From Campylobacterales bacterium (GTDB lineage: Bacteria; Campylobacterota; Campylobacteria; Campylobacterales; QNZT01), in the NCBI GenBank assembly GCA_027081145.1, contig JALWLB010000142.1:1-38214 (forward strand): a stretch of 38,214 nt of DNA. The letters run 5' to 3'. Positions 38,140 through 38,214 of this stretch are shown here, one piece after another. The notes below the pieces were generated by a model that made no database searches, was not told the origin of the DNA, and worked only from the letters and a program-made list of their open reading frames with translations. The position numbers were made by a program, and so were the translations under genes. The stretch's first letter is position 1, and each line of letters starts with the position of its first letter.

Positions 38140-38214
38140 AATAAACCGATTCTCCTTCATTTAAATTTTTATAGTTTTGTGAATAAAATTATACTACAAA
38201 TAATATGAATATAA

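Overview
AT-rich (roughly 30% G+C by eye) chromosomal window with about 40 tightly packed protein genes. I recognise no rRNA, tRNA, CRISPR array, transposase, integrase or phage genes. Gene content and order look like a Campylobacterota (Campylobacter/Helicobacter/Arcobacter-type) core genome. The blocks are: (i) + strand, DUF2018-like / exported protein / ispB / hemA / proS / fxsA / Dsb-like / hemC / UbiD-family decarboxylase (774-9581); (ii) - strand, overlap-coupled flgA-ubiX-coaD-tmk-hisS-speA-cysE (20022 down to 14059); (iii) ligA and rpsO; (iv) Rrf2 regulator-flhA-DHH phosphoesterase-small ORF (25871-29755); (v) dsbD, M48 peptidase, prmC and a MlaF-like ABC ATPase (29842-34367); (vi) an M23 peptidase + bactofilin cell-shape pair (35941 down to 34397). 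Envelope or peptidoglycan-associated, accessory-looking genes sit between these blocks: two diverged paralogues that fuse an outer-membrane beta-barrel to a SPOR domain, one carrying a (KDQP)13 tandem repeat; a coupled pair of secreted Ig-domain proteins of unknown function (10662-13963); a MORN-repeat protein; a DUF4398 lipoprotein with a DUF4398-OmpA lipoprotein; and a 471-aa exported protein with a nested 4 x 3 internal repeat ending in a PG_binding_1 domain. I see no convincing defence, toxin-antitoxin or mobile system. The best candidates for something undescribed are the 10662-13963 cassette, the barrel-SPOR paralogues and the nested-repeat peptidoglycan-binding protein. Non-ATG starts are frequent: TTG for ispB, proS, speA and flhA; GTG for fxsA, prmC, the 410-aa OMP and the 570-aa lipoprotein. 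The ABC ATPase appears to need a non-canonical ATA start. All family assignments come from motif recognition in the supplied translations, not from database searches.
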